Part shown: positions 54,108 through 64,000 of the stretch, in pieces
Numbering within the stretch: position 1 is the first letter of the stretch
Layout of the letters: every line of letters begins with the position of its first letter
Origin: a virus
IMG/VR virus record: IMGVR_UViG_3300021961_000053
Coordinates: 19,216-83,215 of that record
DNA: 64,000 nucleotides
Direction: 5' to 3' (one strand)
Program-made: the position numbers and the translations under genes
The notes under the pieces: generated by a model
Databases searched by the model: none
The model's input: only the letters and a program-made list of their open reading frames with translations
What the model was told of the DNA's origin: nothing

Positions 54108-57100
54108 ATGAGTTTTAATATCAATTCCGACAAAGAGTTTATTAGAGGTTCGAACCCAAAACTCATCGGTGATAATGAACTTACGATTAGAGGTGGAACA
54201 GGATCTCTTGAAAGGGAGATTCTAAGGACACAATTAGATTCTGGTACGGGTCTCCCTCGTGTTGGTATCAATAGAACTGGTCAAAGAGTAAATAATGTAG
54301 TAATAACTAATGGTGGTAGTGGTTATACTTTACAACCAACTGTAACTATTGATCCACCAACAACTGCGGGTGGTGTTCAGGCATTAGCATCTGCCTTTAT
54401 TTTTAATGGGCAAGTCATAAATATTGCAGTCAATAATCCAGGAAGTGGATATACGACTACACCAAATGTAGTTATTTCTGGAGGAAATGGTGCAGGTGCT
54501 TCTGCAGATGCTTTTCTTGACACTGTTGATTATGAACTTGATATCAATGGTGCTATCAGAACTTCAACCTCTATCATTTCAGATACTGCAAGAATCCTAA
54601 ACCTTGACATTGATAACTTTGTTACTCCAGATCTAGTTCTAAGGGGACCAAACTTCAAGAATTATTTGAATAATACAGGGACTCCATGGGGAGCGAATGT
54701 AATTGTACAAGAAAATGCTTTTAGATATTTTGGTGGAAATGTTTATCAGGCTCTAAATGGTGGAGAAACTGGAGCTCTTGCCCCAGTACATACAGATGGT
54801 ATTGTACAAAACGGTGAAGTTAACTTTAAGCACATTGGTTTCCGTGTTGTAGATTCTAATGCATTTGGATTTGGAACAACTGGAGAAGCTGGTATCTACC
54901 CACGTTCTATTACTCCTCTTCTTGGTGATAGATCAGATAAGATTGCTACAACAGAATACGTCCTCAACCTAGCAACAAATGATGTTGGTGGTCGTATTTA
55001 CGTTTCAGAACAAATTGGTTCCGATCTAAATGATGGTCGCTCTGCAGTTGCTCCTGTAAGAACGATCAAAAAAGCAGCGCAATTAGCGTGGGAAACTCCT
55101 GGTGTCAAAGAAACTATTATTGTTTCTGGTGGAGACTACCTAGAAGATAACCCAATTTCCTTACCACCTGATGCTTCAATCGTTGGTGATAACTTGCGTC
55201 TGGTAATTGTCAGACCTAAGAATCCTGGCAAGCACATGATGAAGTTTGGTGATAAGAACTACATTATTGGTGTCACCTACAGAGATCAAATTGATTCGAA
55301 CGGAGATCCAGTTGCTACCTGGGACTACGCCATGGTCTTTGACGATAAGCAGCGTATTATCGTTGATTACGATGTAAATGGAGATTTTGGCACAGAGTTT
55401 CCAATCGGTCATCAGATATTTGGACCAGACCAGTTCCGTGTTGGATTCCAGCAGAACACAGGTCTAAGTGCTCTACAAAATGGCGTTGAAGTTATTGGTG
55501 TCAATACAGGTGCAAGGGCAAAAGTAATTGGAAATACTTTCACTACCACAACAGGTGCTAGTGCATATGTTAGTGGTACTGTAGATGTAAGACTGACTAG
55601 TGGTTCTTTCGTAGAAGGTGAGCAATTTAGATATATCACTTCAGCGGCAACTGGAAGTTCAATTGCTCTGACTATTACAGCAACATCTGGTCCTAATACA
55701 TTCAGAACAACAACAAGTCCCACTGGCATAATTGCTGGTGGTACTTACGTCTATCTGGATGATACCGACGACAGCAGTTTTACTGCTGGATACTATGAGG
55801 TTGCGGATCTAGCACCTAATGATGAGAACACACCAACATACTGGGATATTCAAGTTGTTCCTATTCTAAATTCACCAGAGTGGAACACGAATCAATCAGA
55901 AACTATACAGATTTTCAACGCATCGGTAACATCATTCACATTTGACTCAACTTCACTCAAGTCAATTAGAGCTGAAGGTGAGGTTGTTTATATAGATGAA
56001 GACATCACAAGAACCCTACCAATCCAAAGAATTGACTTCTCACAGCAAGGTGGATTTACGGATGGTTTCCAAAGTGATCAATTTGGCAACTCAGAAGATC
56101 TTGGCGGTATTGTATTCTACACCAATGAACTAGTTGGCAGATCAAATACTCACGATTTCAAAGAAGGACAAGAAATTCTAATTCAAGGTCTTCCAACTGG
56201 AACCCCAGACCTATCATTCCTGAATGGAAGACAGAGAATTTATAAAGTTCTGGAAGATGCTGACGGACGTGCAAGAAGATTCGTCATTCCAAAGAAAGCA
56301 CCAGGAATCAACGATGCTAACTTTGATCCAGGACAATTTGCTACAGTTGGTACTTATTCAAAGAGTATTACTCTTTCTCTACTCAACTCACCAAATACAT
56401 TCCCTCTAGCAACTCCTGTAGATAGAAGATATCAAGACGCAGGTATCTTCATCAGAAACAATAGAGATTTTATTGCTGACGAAGTAGTTAGACGCATCAA
56501 TGATGAATTCAAGAAAGAATACTTCTCCGTCTATGATATTTCTGGATTGGACTTCAAGATTTATCTTGGAACTTCCAGATTTGAGCACACATATATTAGT
56601 GGTGGTACAGTAACATTTGGTGGTAATACTTACAATATTACTGGTTTCACATATGACACTTCAGTAACTGGAACTGCGACAATTACTACTGATGTTTCTA
56701 TTCCATCACTAGCGGAAGATGATATAGTACAACTTGCCGATATATTAGTAGAATGTGATAACGGTCAAAAAGTATATCCAAGTTTCAACATTCCTGTAAG
56801 TGATACTCAGTGTAAGCAAGACATCGTACATTTCTTGAATGCCCTTGTAAGAGACCTTGAGTTTGGATCAAACCACAATATTATTGAAGCGGCGAAGAAG
56901 TATATTGTAGGCGCTAAGATCGACTACGTAGAGAATGAAATTGTACAAACTGTTCGTGCTATTGAATACGCTAGAGAGCTAGCAATCTATGCAATGTGCA
57001 ACTGGAGAACTGGAAATAGAACTGGAAGCGATCCAGTTTATACTCCACAGTATTCTTCACTAACAAGATACTTTGACGACAGTGTAATTACAGCAACTGC

Positions 57101-60100
57101 TGGTACTCCCGCATGTGATGACGTAAGATCTGCTATCGATACTCTCTCATATCTCTGGGTTGATGTTATTGGCAATAATGCATCTGGTAGATATCTAGAT
57201 GCTGCTTACCTAATTGCAAGAAACAGAGATCTGATTGCCGATGCAGCATATGAAGATACTTTAGTTTCATATCCATCTCTAGGTCTCAGCAATGTAAATG
57301 AAAGAAAGTGCCGTAGAGATATCAACTATGTTCTTTCTGGTCTAATCAGGGATCTTATCCTTGGTGGAAATAGTGGCACAGTAACTGCTGCTGAAGCATA
57401 CTTCAGCGGAACTTCTCTTGCTGGTATTCCAGCATCAGAACTTCCTGCAACTAGATTTGCTTTCCAGAGAGCAGCATACTATGCAACTGCTGCTATGCGT
57501 AACTGGACTGACGGTGCTGGCAGTGCTATTACATCAGCATCATCACCAATTCCACAATTTACAGATCCAAGCATCTTAGCGGATCCAGCATCACCAGATT
57601 GTGCTAACGTTGCAGCATCAATCGATACATTGATGACTCTTCTGGATAATATCTTGCTACATGGAGAAAATCCATCAGATCCTGCTGCAATTGAACCAGG
57701 AGCAACAACGATCAACACTGGAACTCTATATGATACATCACAGATCATCACATATCCAGACAGCTACATCTACGACAACAATAATGTCAGAATGGCAGTT
57801 CGTGGTGACTATGATGACTACCCAATCATTGAGGCATCACCATATACTCAGAACTCTTCTGTTATCTCCTTCCTAGGTGGTAGTGGTGCTCTGGTTGATG
57901 GTTCTAAGGTCAAGCAACCTAACTGTCCTTTCCCTGGTCTAGAACTGGATGGTACAGCAACATTCCCAAATCAGGGTAAGTCGATGGTTGCATCTGCATT
58001 CACCATCGTTTCCTTTGGTGGTACAGGATACAAGGTTATTGAAGATGGATATGTACAGTTAGTTTCTGTCTTCGTTATCTTCTGTGCTGATGGTGTATTG
58101 GCAGAGAGTGGCGGGTATTGCTCCATCACTAACTCAGCAACTAACTTCGGTATCTATGCTCTACGTGGTATTGGATACAGAAGAGAAGCATACGAGTTTG
58201 ACGTTGCAACTGTTGTCAATGTTTCTGCTACCCCAACTGGTAGAGCAATTATTACCGTTGATGGACTAGGTAGAGAACCACTAGAGCACTATGTTATCAA
58301 GGTTGATGGATTTGAAAACACAAATCCAGATATCGAATACTTTATTGATGCTGTTGGTGCGGTTGGTGCTGGTCCACCATTCCAAGCAGAACTAACAATT
58401 GATGACGGCACAGGTCAGCCTATGGACCTGACTGATAGTTCTACTGGTCTTCCAGTTTCTACTGGTAATATTATTGGAGCAACAATTAGACTACACAGAC
58501 CATCCATTGTCAATTCATCTTCACACACTTGGGAATTTGCTGGTTCTGGTACTAACTATCTTGCTCTTCCAGAAAATGGAGGAACAAAGACTGAAGCATA
58601 CGAACAAGTTTCCGAAGATTATGGACGTGTTTATGTTTCTGGTACTGACGAACTTGGAGACTTCAAGGTTGGTACATTCGCTAGAATTGAGAACAGAACT
58701 GGTAACATTACCTTCACAGGTACGGTTACGATCTCTGAGGTTGAGTTCCTCAAACTGAAGGGTGGAGATGTTGTTGTTACTGGATTCTCTGCTGATAACA
58801 CCCTTGGTGGTGCTGGAACAAGTAACTCTGTTCTACCTACTCAGAAGGCAGTTAGAGATTACATCACTAATAACCTTGGTCCATACATCAACAAACCATA
58901 CTCAACAAACGCTGTTCCTAGAGCACTTGTTGAACTAACAGATAGTGGTAAGATCTCGATTGATCAGATCCCAGCACTCAGACCATTCAGCGTCTATACT
59001 GTTGCCAATCAAACAGAAAGACTTGCCCTGGAGGGTGCGCTTGCTGGAGACATTGCGATTCAACAGGACACTACAACATCATATATTCTTAATAATGATC
59101 TCGATAGTTTGTTTGTTGCTTTCCAACCAGATCCAACACTGCAATTTACTATTGGCGATATCTTTACTGGTAGCATTACTGGTGGTCGTATTCAAGCAAC
59201 CGAGTACAGACAGGGTGTTGTATATCAACTCAATATCGTCGATGGTGGTTCTGGTTACACATCTCCTCCAGTTGTTACTATTTCTGGTACTCTACAGCAA
59301 GGTGGAGTTGAAGCAAAAGCAGTAACCACAATTGCTAATGGCGAAGTAGTTACTATTCAACTAGTGGTATTCAATGGATATCTTGGCGGTAAAGGATATA
59401 CCAGCGCACCAACAGTAACTATTGCTGCTCCACAAGGTTCTGGAACACAAGCAACCGCAACTTCTCTGATTGAATCCAGATTATACGGTGATGTTGTTAA
59501 TAGAATTCTAATTACAGATACAGATACAATTGAGAGTAGTGACATTCCTGCAGAGACTGTCAATATTACCAGAGTTCTAAACACCTCTGCATCTAATAAT
59601 AATAACTGGGTGTCTCTATCATCCAACCAGATTGCTGCATCTGATATTGTTTCTGGTGTTATTGAAACAGACCGTCTTGCTTCTGGTGGTGCTGCTAACT
59701 CCTTCACATTCCTAAGAGGAGATCAAAACTGGGCTCTTGCTGTTCAGTCAATCAAGGGTGCTGAGATTAGATACTTCGATAAACTATACAGCACAGCAAG
59801 TTCTGGATCAAGCCAACTTATCTTCCAGACAAATTCGGATGTTCTAATTGGACACGAAGTTGTCAATAGTGTTCTTGGTATCCAGGCAAACACTAATATT
59901 ACTGGTGTTATTACTGCTGCTGGTCTGACAACCATTTCACTGAATAATCCACTTACTCAGACAATCAACGCTGGAACTATTATTGAGTTTGAGCGTGGTG
60001 CTTCCCCAATGGTCTTTGAGTCATCATACACTCAAGGAAACTTTGTTGATAGTATCATTGTTGCTAACGGTGGTAGTGGATTTACAGATGGTCAATATTT

Positions 60101-62828
60101 TGACGTTGAACTAACAGGTGGAACTGGTACAGGTCTTCGCGTTAATATGATTGTTTCTGGCAACACCATTATCGATGTTGCCGTTACTAGTGGTGGATCT
60201 GGATACACAAGCGATTTCTCAATTACGGTTCCTCCAGGTGTAATTGGTTCGGGATCATCGATGGTTCTGCAAGCCAAGATTTCAACGGTAAATAGACAGT
60301 ATGCAAACGTCTCAGTTGATGTTCAAAGAGTTACCGACCTAACTATTTCATCCGACCTATATGGAACTATTGGTGTTGTAAGACTCAAGAAAGACCAGTT
60401 CAATATTGGAACATCAGGTAATGGTTCTGTTGAGATCAAAACTGGTCCTGGATCTGGTTTAGACGCTGACCTACTTGATACAAAGCAAGGTTCATTCTAT
60501 CTAAACTCAAGTAACCAAAACCAAGGAACTCTACCAACAGATAGACTTTCTGGTACTTATAATATCAGTGTTTCGGGATCTTCTGGTAATACGATTCGTC
60601 TTGCAACTGGTACTAACAACCCAACATCAAACCCAACTCCAAATAACTTTGTTGAAGGTCTTGTTGCTAATACAATTAACAACTCAGCAGACCAGCTCTT
60701 TGATGGTGGATCTCAGCACCTTGTTCTTACAATCAGAAACAAAGGTCAGGGTCTAACTGCTGAAGGTGGTGTTCGTCAGATGGCATTTACCGATAATGAT
60801 AACATCTGGTTACGTGGTTCTGGAACTGGTGTTACCGCATTTGGTACTTGGGCCAAGATGTGGACTTCTCTAAATGACGGTATTGGATCTGGTCTCGATG
60901 CCGATAGACTTGATGGAGCACAAGGAACTTGGTATCAAAACGCTCTAAACATCAACTACGGTACTCTATCTGATAATAGACTTCCTAGATTTATTAGTGC
61001 AACCAAGTTTAGAGATACCCTAACAGTTCAATCTTTCAATGGAGATCCAAAATATAGAATCTATCTATCTGGAAGAATTCTAAATGTATCTCCATTTACC
61101 CCAGGAAACCTCGTTAACTTATACAATGCAAACGCTCAGGCAACTGGACAGATTGCAATTGACAATCTTATCATCAATGACGTAGCAGATAGCACAGAAG
61201 ATTATACCATTATTGTTGGAAGACTGACAACTGGTAACTTTGTTGGGGCACTAACAATTGGTACTGCTGCTAACAGAGAGCCATTCCAAGACTTCACTAT
61301 TGATGATGACAACGTAGTTCAAGTAGCAAAACTTGAGAGTGATGGTGGAACTGCAAACCTCAGACTTGGAAGAAGAGATGGTCAGGCAACTTCTCCTGGT
61401 ATCTACTTCACAAGTTCTCAGTTAGTTCCTACTGCTTACAACGCTGCTATTGTTGCAACTGGTGGTAATGCTACCGATGGTTCTGGTACTCTAAACGTTC
61501 TTGTAGCAAATGCTAACGGACTGAATATCAACGGAAGCACAGTATGGAATGCTGGTAACGTTGCCTTCAATAGTGCAAACGTAGTTTCCACCGCAACTCT
61601 AAGATCAGCAGTTCAAAGAGATACAAACGGTGACTTTGCTGCCAGAATTATCACAGCATCTCTAACAGGTGCTGCTTCTCTGAACGTTCTGAAGGCAGGC
61701 GATACCATGACTGGTTCGCTGACTATCACTGGTGCTGGATCAAACTTCACCTTATCTGGAACTGCAAATCTCAACAGCTTTGTCAATATTGCCGATGATC
61801 TTGCAGTTGATACAGATACACTATTTGTCGATGTATCGGCAGATGAGGTTGGTATCAACGCAGGAACTGCTCCAAGAACAACTCTAGATGTTGTTGGTGA
61901 TCTCGGTATTTACATCAGAGCACTAACATCTGGTTCTGGTGCAAAACTAACGTTTAGTGATAATACTGGCAATGATTATGCACAGCAAGGTTCCATCAAG
62001 TATTATCATGCTGACGCACAAACTCCTGGTGCCGCATATGGAAATGCATTTATTGTAGAGGGAACTGAAACTACTTTAGCATTCAAAGTAACTGGTGATG
62101 TTATTGCTTCTAGAAGACTTGGTGTAAATGTCACCAACCCAGATAGAGCACTTGATGTTGGTGGTGCTGCAAGAATTACTGAAGCACTAACTATTCAGAA
62201 TACATCTAGTGGTCCAATCAATTTCTACAATAATACATCGACAAGATACTGGAGAATTGGTAGCAATACCCAATCAAACAACTTCTTCACATTTGAAGCA
62301 TCAGATGCTGTTGGTGGAACTACTTTCAGTGGTGCTCCAGCACTTGGAATTAGTGGAGTAAATAATGCTGTTACAATCAACACCACTGATACATCTGGAA
62401 TTGATCCAACAGATGGAACAACTTCAAGAAACTATAAGTTAAACGTTTCGGGTGATGTAAATATCAACGGTCAGTTGTTCCAAAACAACGCCGAGTTTGT
62501 AACTTCTAGATGGACTGAGGCGACTAATGGTGATGATATCTATAGGATATCAAGAGTTGGTATCAATAAAGTTGATCCAACTTATACATTACACATCGAT
62601 GGTTCTGTCAATATTGAGGGAAGTACCGATGCTGGAAATAGAGTCCTATATGCTAACGGCGAGAAGCAGTGGCTTGATAAGTGGGGTGTCTTCAAGGCGA
62701 ATAGAAATTTTGTTTCGGAAAACGTCACCATTCCAGCAAACGTCAATTGTGTAACCGCTGGACCAATCACTATAAATAATGGCGTAACTGTAACCATCAA
62801 TAGTGGTGGTAACTGGGCTATTGTATAA
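54108..62828 (+). CDS. Large tail fibre-like protein (2906 aa)
   Basis: GGSGYT..P.V.I repeats, YVS...G.D.NDG beta-helix cap, GSGLDAD.LD motifs, VGIN...P...LDV.G fibre repeats; CTAAATA box at 54064. Confidence 0.85.
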   Translation: MSFNINSDKEFIRGSNPKLIGDNELTIRGGTGSLEREILRTQLDSGTGLPRVGINRTGQRVNNVVITNGGSGYTLQPTVTIDPPTTAGGVQALASAFIFNGQVINIAVNNPGSGYTTTPNVVISGGNGAGASADAFLDTVDYELDINGAIRTSTSIISDTARILNLDIDNFVTPDLVLRGPNFKNYLNNTGTPWGANVIVQENAFRYFGGNVYQALNGGETGALAPVHTDGIVQNGEVNFKHIGFRVVDSNAFGFGTTGEAGIYPRSITPLLGDRSDKIATTEYVLNLATNDVGGRIYVSEQIGSDLNDGRSAVAPVRTIKKAAQLAWETPGVKETIIVSGGDYLEDNPISLPPDASIVGDNLRLVIVRPKNPGKHMMKFGDKNYIIGVTYRDQIDSNGDPVATWDYAMVFDDKQRIIVDYDVNGDFGTEFPIGHQIFGPDQFRVGFQQNTGLSALQNGVEVIGVNTGARAKVIGNTFTTTTGASAYVSGTVDVRLTSGSFVEGEQFRYITSAATGSSIALTITATSGPNTFRTTTSPTGIIAGGTYVYLDDTDDSSFTAGYYEVADLAPNDENTPTYWDIQVVPILNSPEWNTNQSETIQIFNASVTSFTFDSTSLKSIRAEGEVVYIDEDITRTLPIQRIDFSQQGGFTDGFQSDQFGNSEDLGGIVFYTNELVGRSNTHDFKEGQEILIQGLPTGTPDLSFLNGRQRIYKVLEDADGRARRFVIPKKAPGINDANFDPGQFATVGTYSKSITLSLLNSPNTFPLATPVDRRYQDAGIFIRNNRDFIADEVVRRINDEFKKEYFSVYDISGLDFKIYLGTSRFEHTYISGGTVTFGGNTYNITGFTYDTSVTGTATITTDVSIPSLAEDDIVQLADILVECDNGQKVYPSFNIPVSDTQCKQDIVHFLNALVRDLEFGSNHNIIEAAKKYIVGAKIDYVENEIVQTVRAIEYARELAIYAMCNWRTGNRTGSDPVYTPQYSSLTRYFDDSVITATAGTPACDDVRSAIDTLSYLWVDVIGNNASGRYLDAAYLIARNRDLIADAAYEDTLVSYPSLGLSNVNERKCRRDINYVLSGLIRDLILGGNSGTVTAAEAYFSGTSLAGIPASELPATRFAFQRAAYYATAAMRNWTDGAGSAITSASSPIPQFTDPSILADPASPDCANVAASIDTLMTLLDNILLHGENPSDPAAIEPGATTINTGTLYDTSQIITYPDSYIYDNNNVRMAVRGDYDDYPIIEASPYTQNSSVISFLGGSGALVDGSKVKQPNCPFPGLELDGTATFPNQGKSMVASAFTIVSFGGTGYKVIEDGYVQLVSVFVIFCADGVLAESGGYCSITNSATNFGIYALRGIGYRREAYEFDVATVVNVSATPTGRAIITVDGLGREPLEHYVIKVDGFENTNPDIEYFIDAVGAVGAGPPFQAELTIDDGTGQPMDLTDSSTGLPVSTGNIIGATIRLHRPSIVNSSSHTWEFAGSGTNYLALPENGGTKTEAYEQVSEDYGRVYVSGTDELGDFKVGTFARIENRTGNITFTGTVTISEVEFLKLKGGDVVVTGFSADNTLGGAGTSNSVLPTQKAVRDYITNNLGPYINKPYSTNAVPRALVELTDSGKISIDQIPALRPFSVYTVANQTERLALEGALAGDIAIQQDTTTSYILNNDLDSLFVAFQPDPTLQFTIGDIFTGSITGGRIQATEYRQGVVYQLNIVDGGSGYTSPPVVTISGTLQQGGVEAKAVTTIANGEVVTIQLVVFNGYLGGKGYTSAPTVTIAAPQGSGTQATATSLIESRLYGDVVNRILITDTDTIESSDIPAETVNITRVLNTSASNNNNWVSLSSNQIAASDIVSGVIETDRLASGGAANSFTFLRGDQNWALAVQSIKGAEIRYFDKLYSTASSGSSQLIFQTNSDVLIGHEVVNSVLGIQANTNITGVITAAGLTTISLNNPLTQTINAGTIIEFERGASPMVFESSYTQGNFVDSIIVANGGSGFTDGQYFDVELTGGTGTGLRVNMIVSGNTIIDVAVTSGGSGYTSDFSITVPPGVIGSGSSMVLQAKISTVNRQYANVSVDVQRVTDLTISSDLYGTIGVVRLKKDQFNIGTSGNGSVEIKTGPGSGLDADLLDTKQGSFYLNSSNQNQGTLPTDRLSGTYNISVSGSSGNTIRLATGTNNPTSNPTPNNFVEGLVANTINNSADQLFDGGSQHLVLTIRNKGQGLTAEGGVRQMAFTDNDNIWLRGSGTGVTAFGTWAKMWTSLNDGIGSGLDADRLDGAQGTWYQNALNINYGTLSDNRLPRFISATKFRDTLTVQSFNGDPKYRIYLSGRILNVSPFTPGNLVNLYNANAQATGQIAIDNLIINDVADSTEDYTIIVGRLTTGNFVGALTIGTAANREPFQDFTIDDDNVVQVAKLESDGGTANLRLGRRDGQATSPGIYFTSSQLVPTAYNAAIVATGGNATDGSGTLNVLVANANGLNINGSTVWNAGNVAFNSANVVSTATLRSAVQRDTNGDFAARIITASLTGAASLNVLKAGDTMTGSLTITGAGSNFTLSGTANLNSFVNIADDLAVDTDTLFVDVSADEVGINAGTAPRTTLDVVGDLGIYIRALTSGSGAKLTFSDNTGNDYAQQGSIKYYHADAQTPGAAYGNAFIVEGTETTLAFKVTGDVIASRRLGVNVTNPDRALDVGGAARITEALTIQNTSSGPINFYNNTSTRYWRIGSNTQSNNFFTFEASDAVGGTTFSGAPALGISGVNNAVTINTTDTSGIDPTDGTTSRNYKLNVSGDVNINGQLFQNNAEFVTSRWTEATNGDDIYRISRVGINKVDPTYTLHIDGSVNIEGSTDAGNRVLYANGEKQWLDKWGVFKANRNFVSENVTIPANVNCVTAGPITINNGVTVTINSGGNWAIV

Positions 62829-62837
62829 TAGAAGATT

Positions 62838-63593
62838 ATGGCTGGTATTCTAAAGGTAGATCAGATCCAGAACACCGCTGGTGTCAATATTATGGATCTG
62901 CAAAATGGTAACATGAGAATGTGGAACGGGAGTTCTTATGAAGAATTCAAAGTTCCTGGGGCATTGATTAGCATCAATGTATATACATCACAAGATGGTA
63001 ATTGGAATGGAAAATCGACATCTGGAGGATCTGGAACATGGACTAAACCGCCAGGATGTAGTCATGTTCTTGTTTATGTAACTGGTGGTGGTGGCGGTGC
63101 TCGCATCAACGACAACGCATATCGTGGAGCAGGTGGCGGTGGTGGAGCTACTGCCATCAAATATATTGATGTATCTGGTGTGTCTAGTGTTTCATACACA
63201 TATGGAGAAGGTGGGGGATATGCCAGAAATGGTGGAAGAGGTGCCACTGGAGGCACATCCACATTTGGTTCATATTGCTCTGCTTCTGGCGGTCAAGGCG
63301 GGCAAACCGATGTTCCACACCAAGGCGGTCCAGGTGGATCTGCATCTGGTGGAGACATAAACATTCCTGGTGGTGGTGGAGAAATGGCACACGGTGCAGA
63401 TAGAGAAGGCGGTGGCGGCATGAGTTTTTGGCACAAAGCAGGATCTTCTCACCATTACTACAACCAACAAGAGGAAGTTACTCACGGTCAGTGGGGATCT
63501 GGTGGTGGATATGGATATTATTCGCAAAACGATTTTGCGTATAATAACAGCAACGGCGGTGCAGGTTGCGTAATTGTTTGGAACTATACCTGA
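62838..63593 (+). CDS. Glycine-rich tail-fibre-associated protein
   Basis: ILKVDQIQ N-terminus; GTWTKP.G...V.V.V.GGGGG ... G.VIVW.Y domain. Confidence 0.75.
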   Translation: MAGILKVDQIQNTAGVNIMDLQNGNMRMWNGSSYEEFKVPGALISINVYTSQDGNWNGKSTSGGSGTWTKPPGCSHVLVYVTGGGGGARINDNAYRGAGGGGGATAIKYIDVSGVSSVSYTYGEGGGYARNGGRGATGGTSTFGSYCSASGGQGGQTDVPHQGGPGGSASGGDINIPGGGGEMAHGADREGGGGMSFWHKAGSSHHYYNQQEEVTHGQWGSGGGYGYYSQNDFAYNNSNGGAGCVIVWNYT

Positions 63594-63601
63594 GGAGAAT
63601 T

Positions 63602-63955
63602 ATGTATCAATCACTAGTAGATAAAAGAAGCGGAAGAGTTCTCCAATTTGTAAAGGGTGGGAACGATGTAAGATTTGAAGTTCATGAAAATTTCATGTGG
63701 ATAGATGGTCCATATCAAATTGAGAAAGGAAAAGATACCGCTGATTATTGGTATTATGAAAATGACAGGGAGGTAAGATTACTACCAATCAAACCACCAT
63801 CATATGACATCAGTAGAAGAGTTGCATATGAAGCAATTCAGAATCAACTCGATATGTTATATCATGACATGAAGAATGGACTAATTCCAGGTAAAGAAAC
63901 TTCTACTTGGTTTGCTCACATCGATTCTATCAAAGAACAGTATCCAAAACCATAA
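63602..63955 (+). CDS. Tail-fibre chaperone-like protein
   Basis: GAGGAG RBS before ATG 63602; RR.AY..I..QLDMLYHD...W...I..IK..YPKP. Confidence 0.65.
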   Translation: MYQSLVDKRSGRVLQFVKGGNDVRFEVHENFMWIDGPYQIEKGKDTADYWYYENDREVRLLPIKPPSYDISRRVAYEAIQNQLDMLYHDMKNGLIPGKETSTWFAHIDSIKEQYPKP

Positions 63956-63982
63956 ATAGAAATATAGAAAAGTAGTGTAACC

Positions 63983-64000
63983 ATGTCTCAATTAACAGTT
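63983..64000 (+). CDS. Start of next late gene (truncated, MSQLTV)
   Basis: ATG downstream of an ATAAATA box at 63952. Confidence 0.45.

Noticed and set aside
54108-63593. Diversity-generating retroelement or invertible tail-fibre cassette
   Set aside because: No reverse transcriptase or invertase gene, and I saw no near-identical template/variable repeat pair or flanking inverted repeats.
1-64000. tRNA, rRNA, introns/inteins, photosynthesis or other auxiliary metabolic genes
   Set aside because: None recognised by eye. Intergenic gaps are short and show no cloverleaf pattern; tRNAscan-SE and Rfam searches would be needed to exclude them formally.

Overview
This window is a 64-kb segment of a T4-like cyanomyophage genome (Kyanoviridae-type, probably infecting Synechococcus or a relative). 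All credible genes are on the + strand, in three blocks. (1) 1-6.4 kb is the end of a late tail-fibre/baseplate cluster: a collar-domain fibre and an assembly chaperone. (2) 6.4-23.7 kb is an accessory early region of about 55 mostly tiny ORFs. It includes an SF2 helicase, a PD-(D/E)XK nuclease-like gene coupled to a beta-class DNA methyltransferase, and RlpA-, AbrB/MazE-, KTSC- and HicA-like genes. (3) 23.8-64 kb is the late structural block: PAAR-like protein, gp25, gp6, gp7, gp8, VrlC-like protein and giant fibres, with T4-type late promoters. The strongest pattern is about 16 copies of a 22-bp palindrome (GTG[A/C]CA[G/C]-N8-[C/G]TG[G/T]CAC) placed 29-31 bp upstream of a -10 box. Most copies lie inside the 3' end of the preceding gene, and three drive apparently leaderless mRNAs. 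One copy points into cyanobacterial-type DnaA boxes plus an AT-rich tract (candidate origin or structured RNA). Other notable observations are a fully overlapping acidic/basic ORF pair and phycobiliprotein-like Cys motifs in virion proteins. I found no tRNA, rRNA, CRISPR array, integrase or photosynthesis gene. All product calls come from motif recognition by eye; no database search was run.
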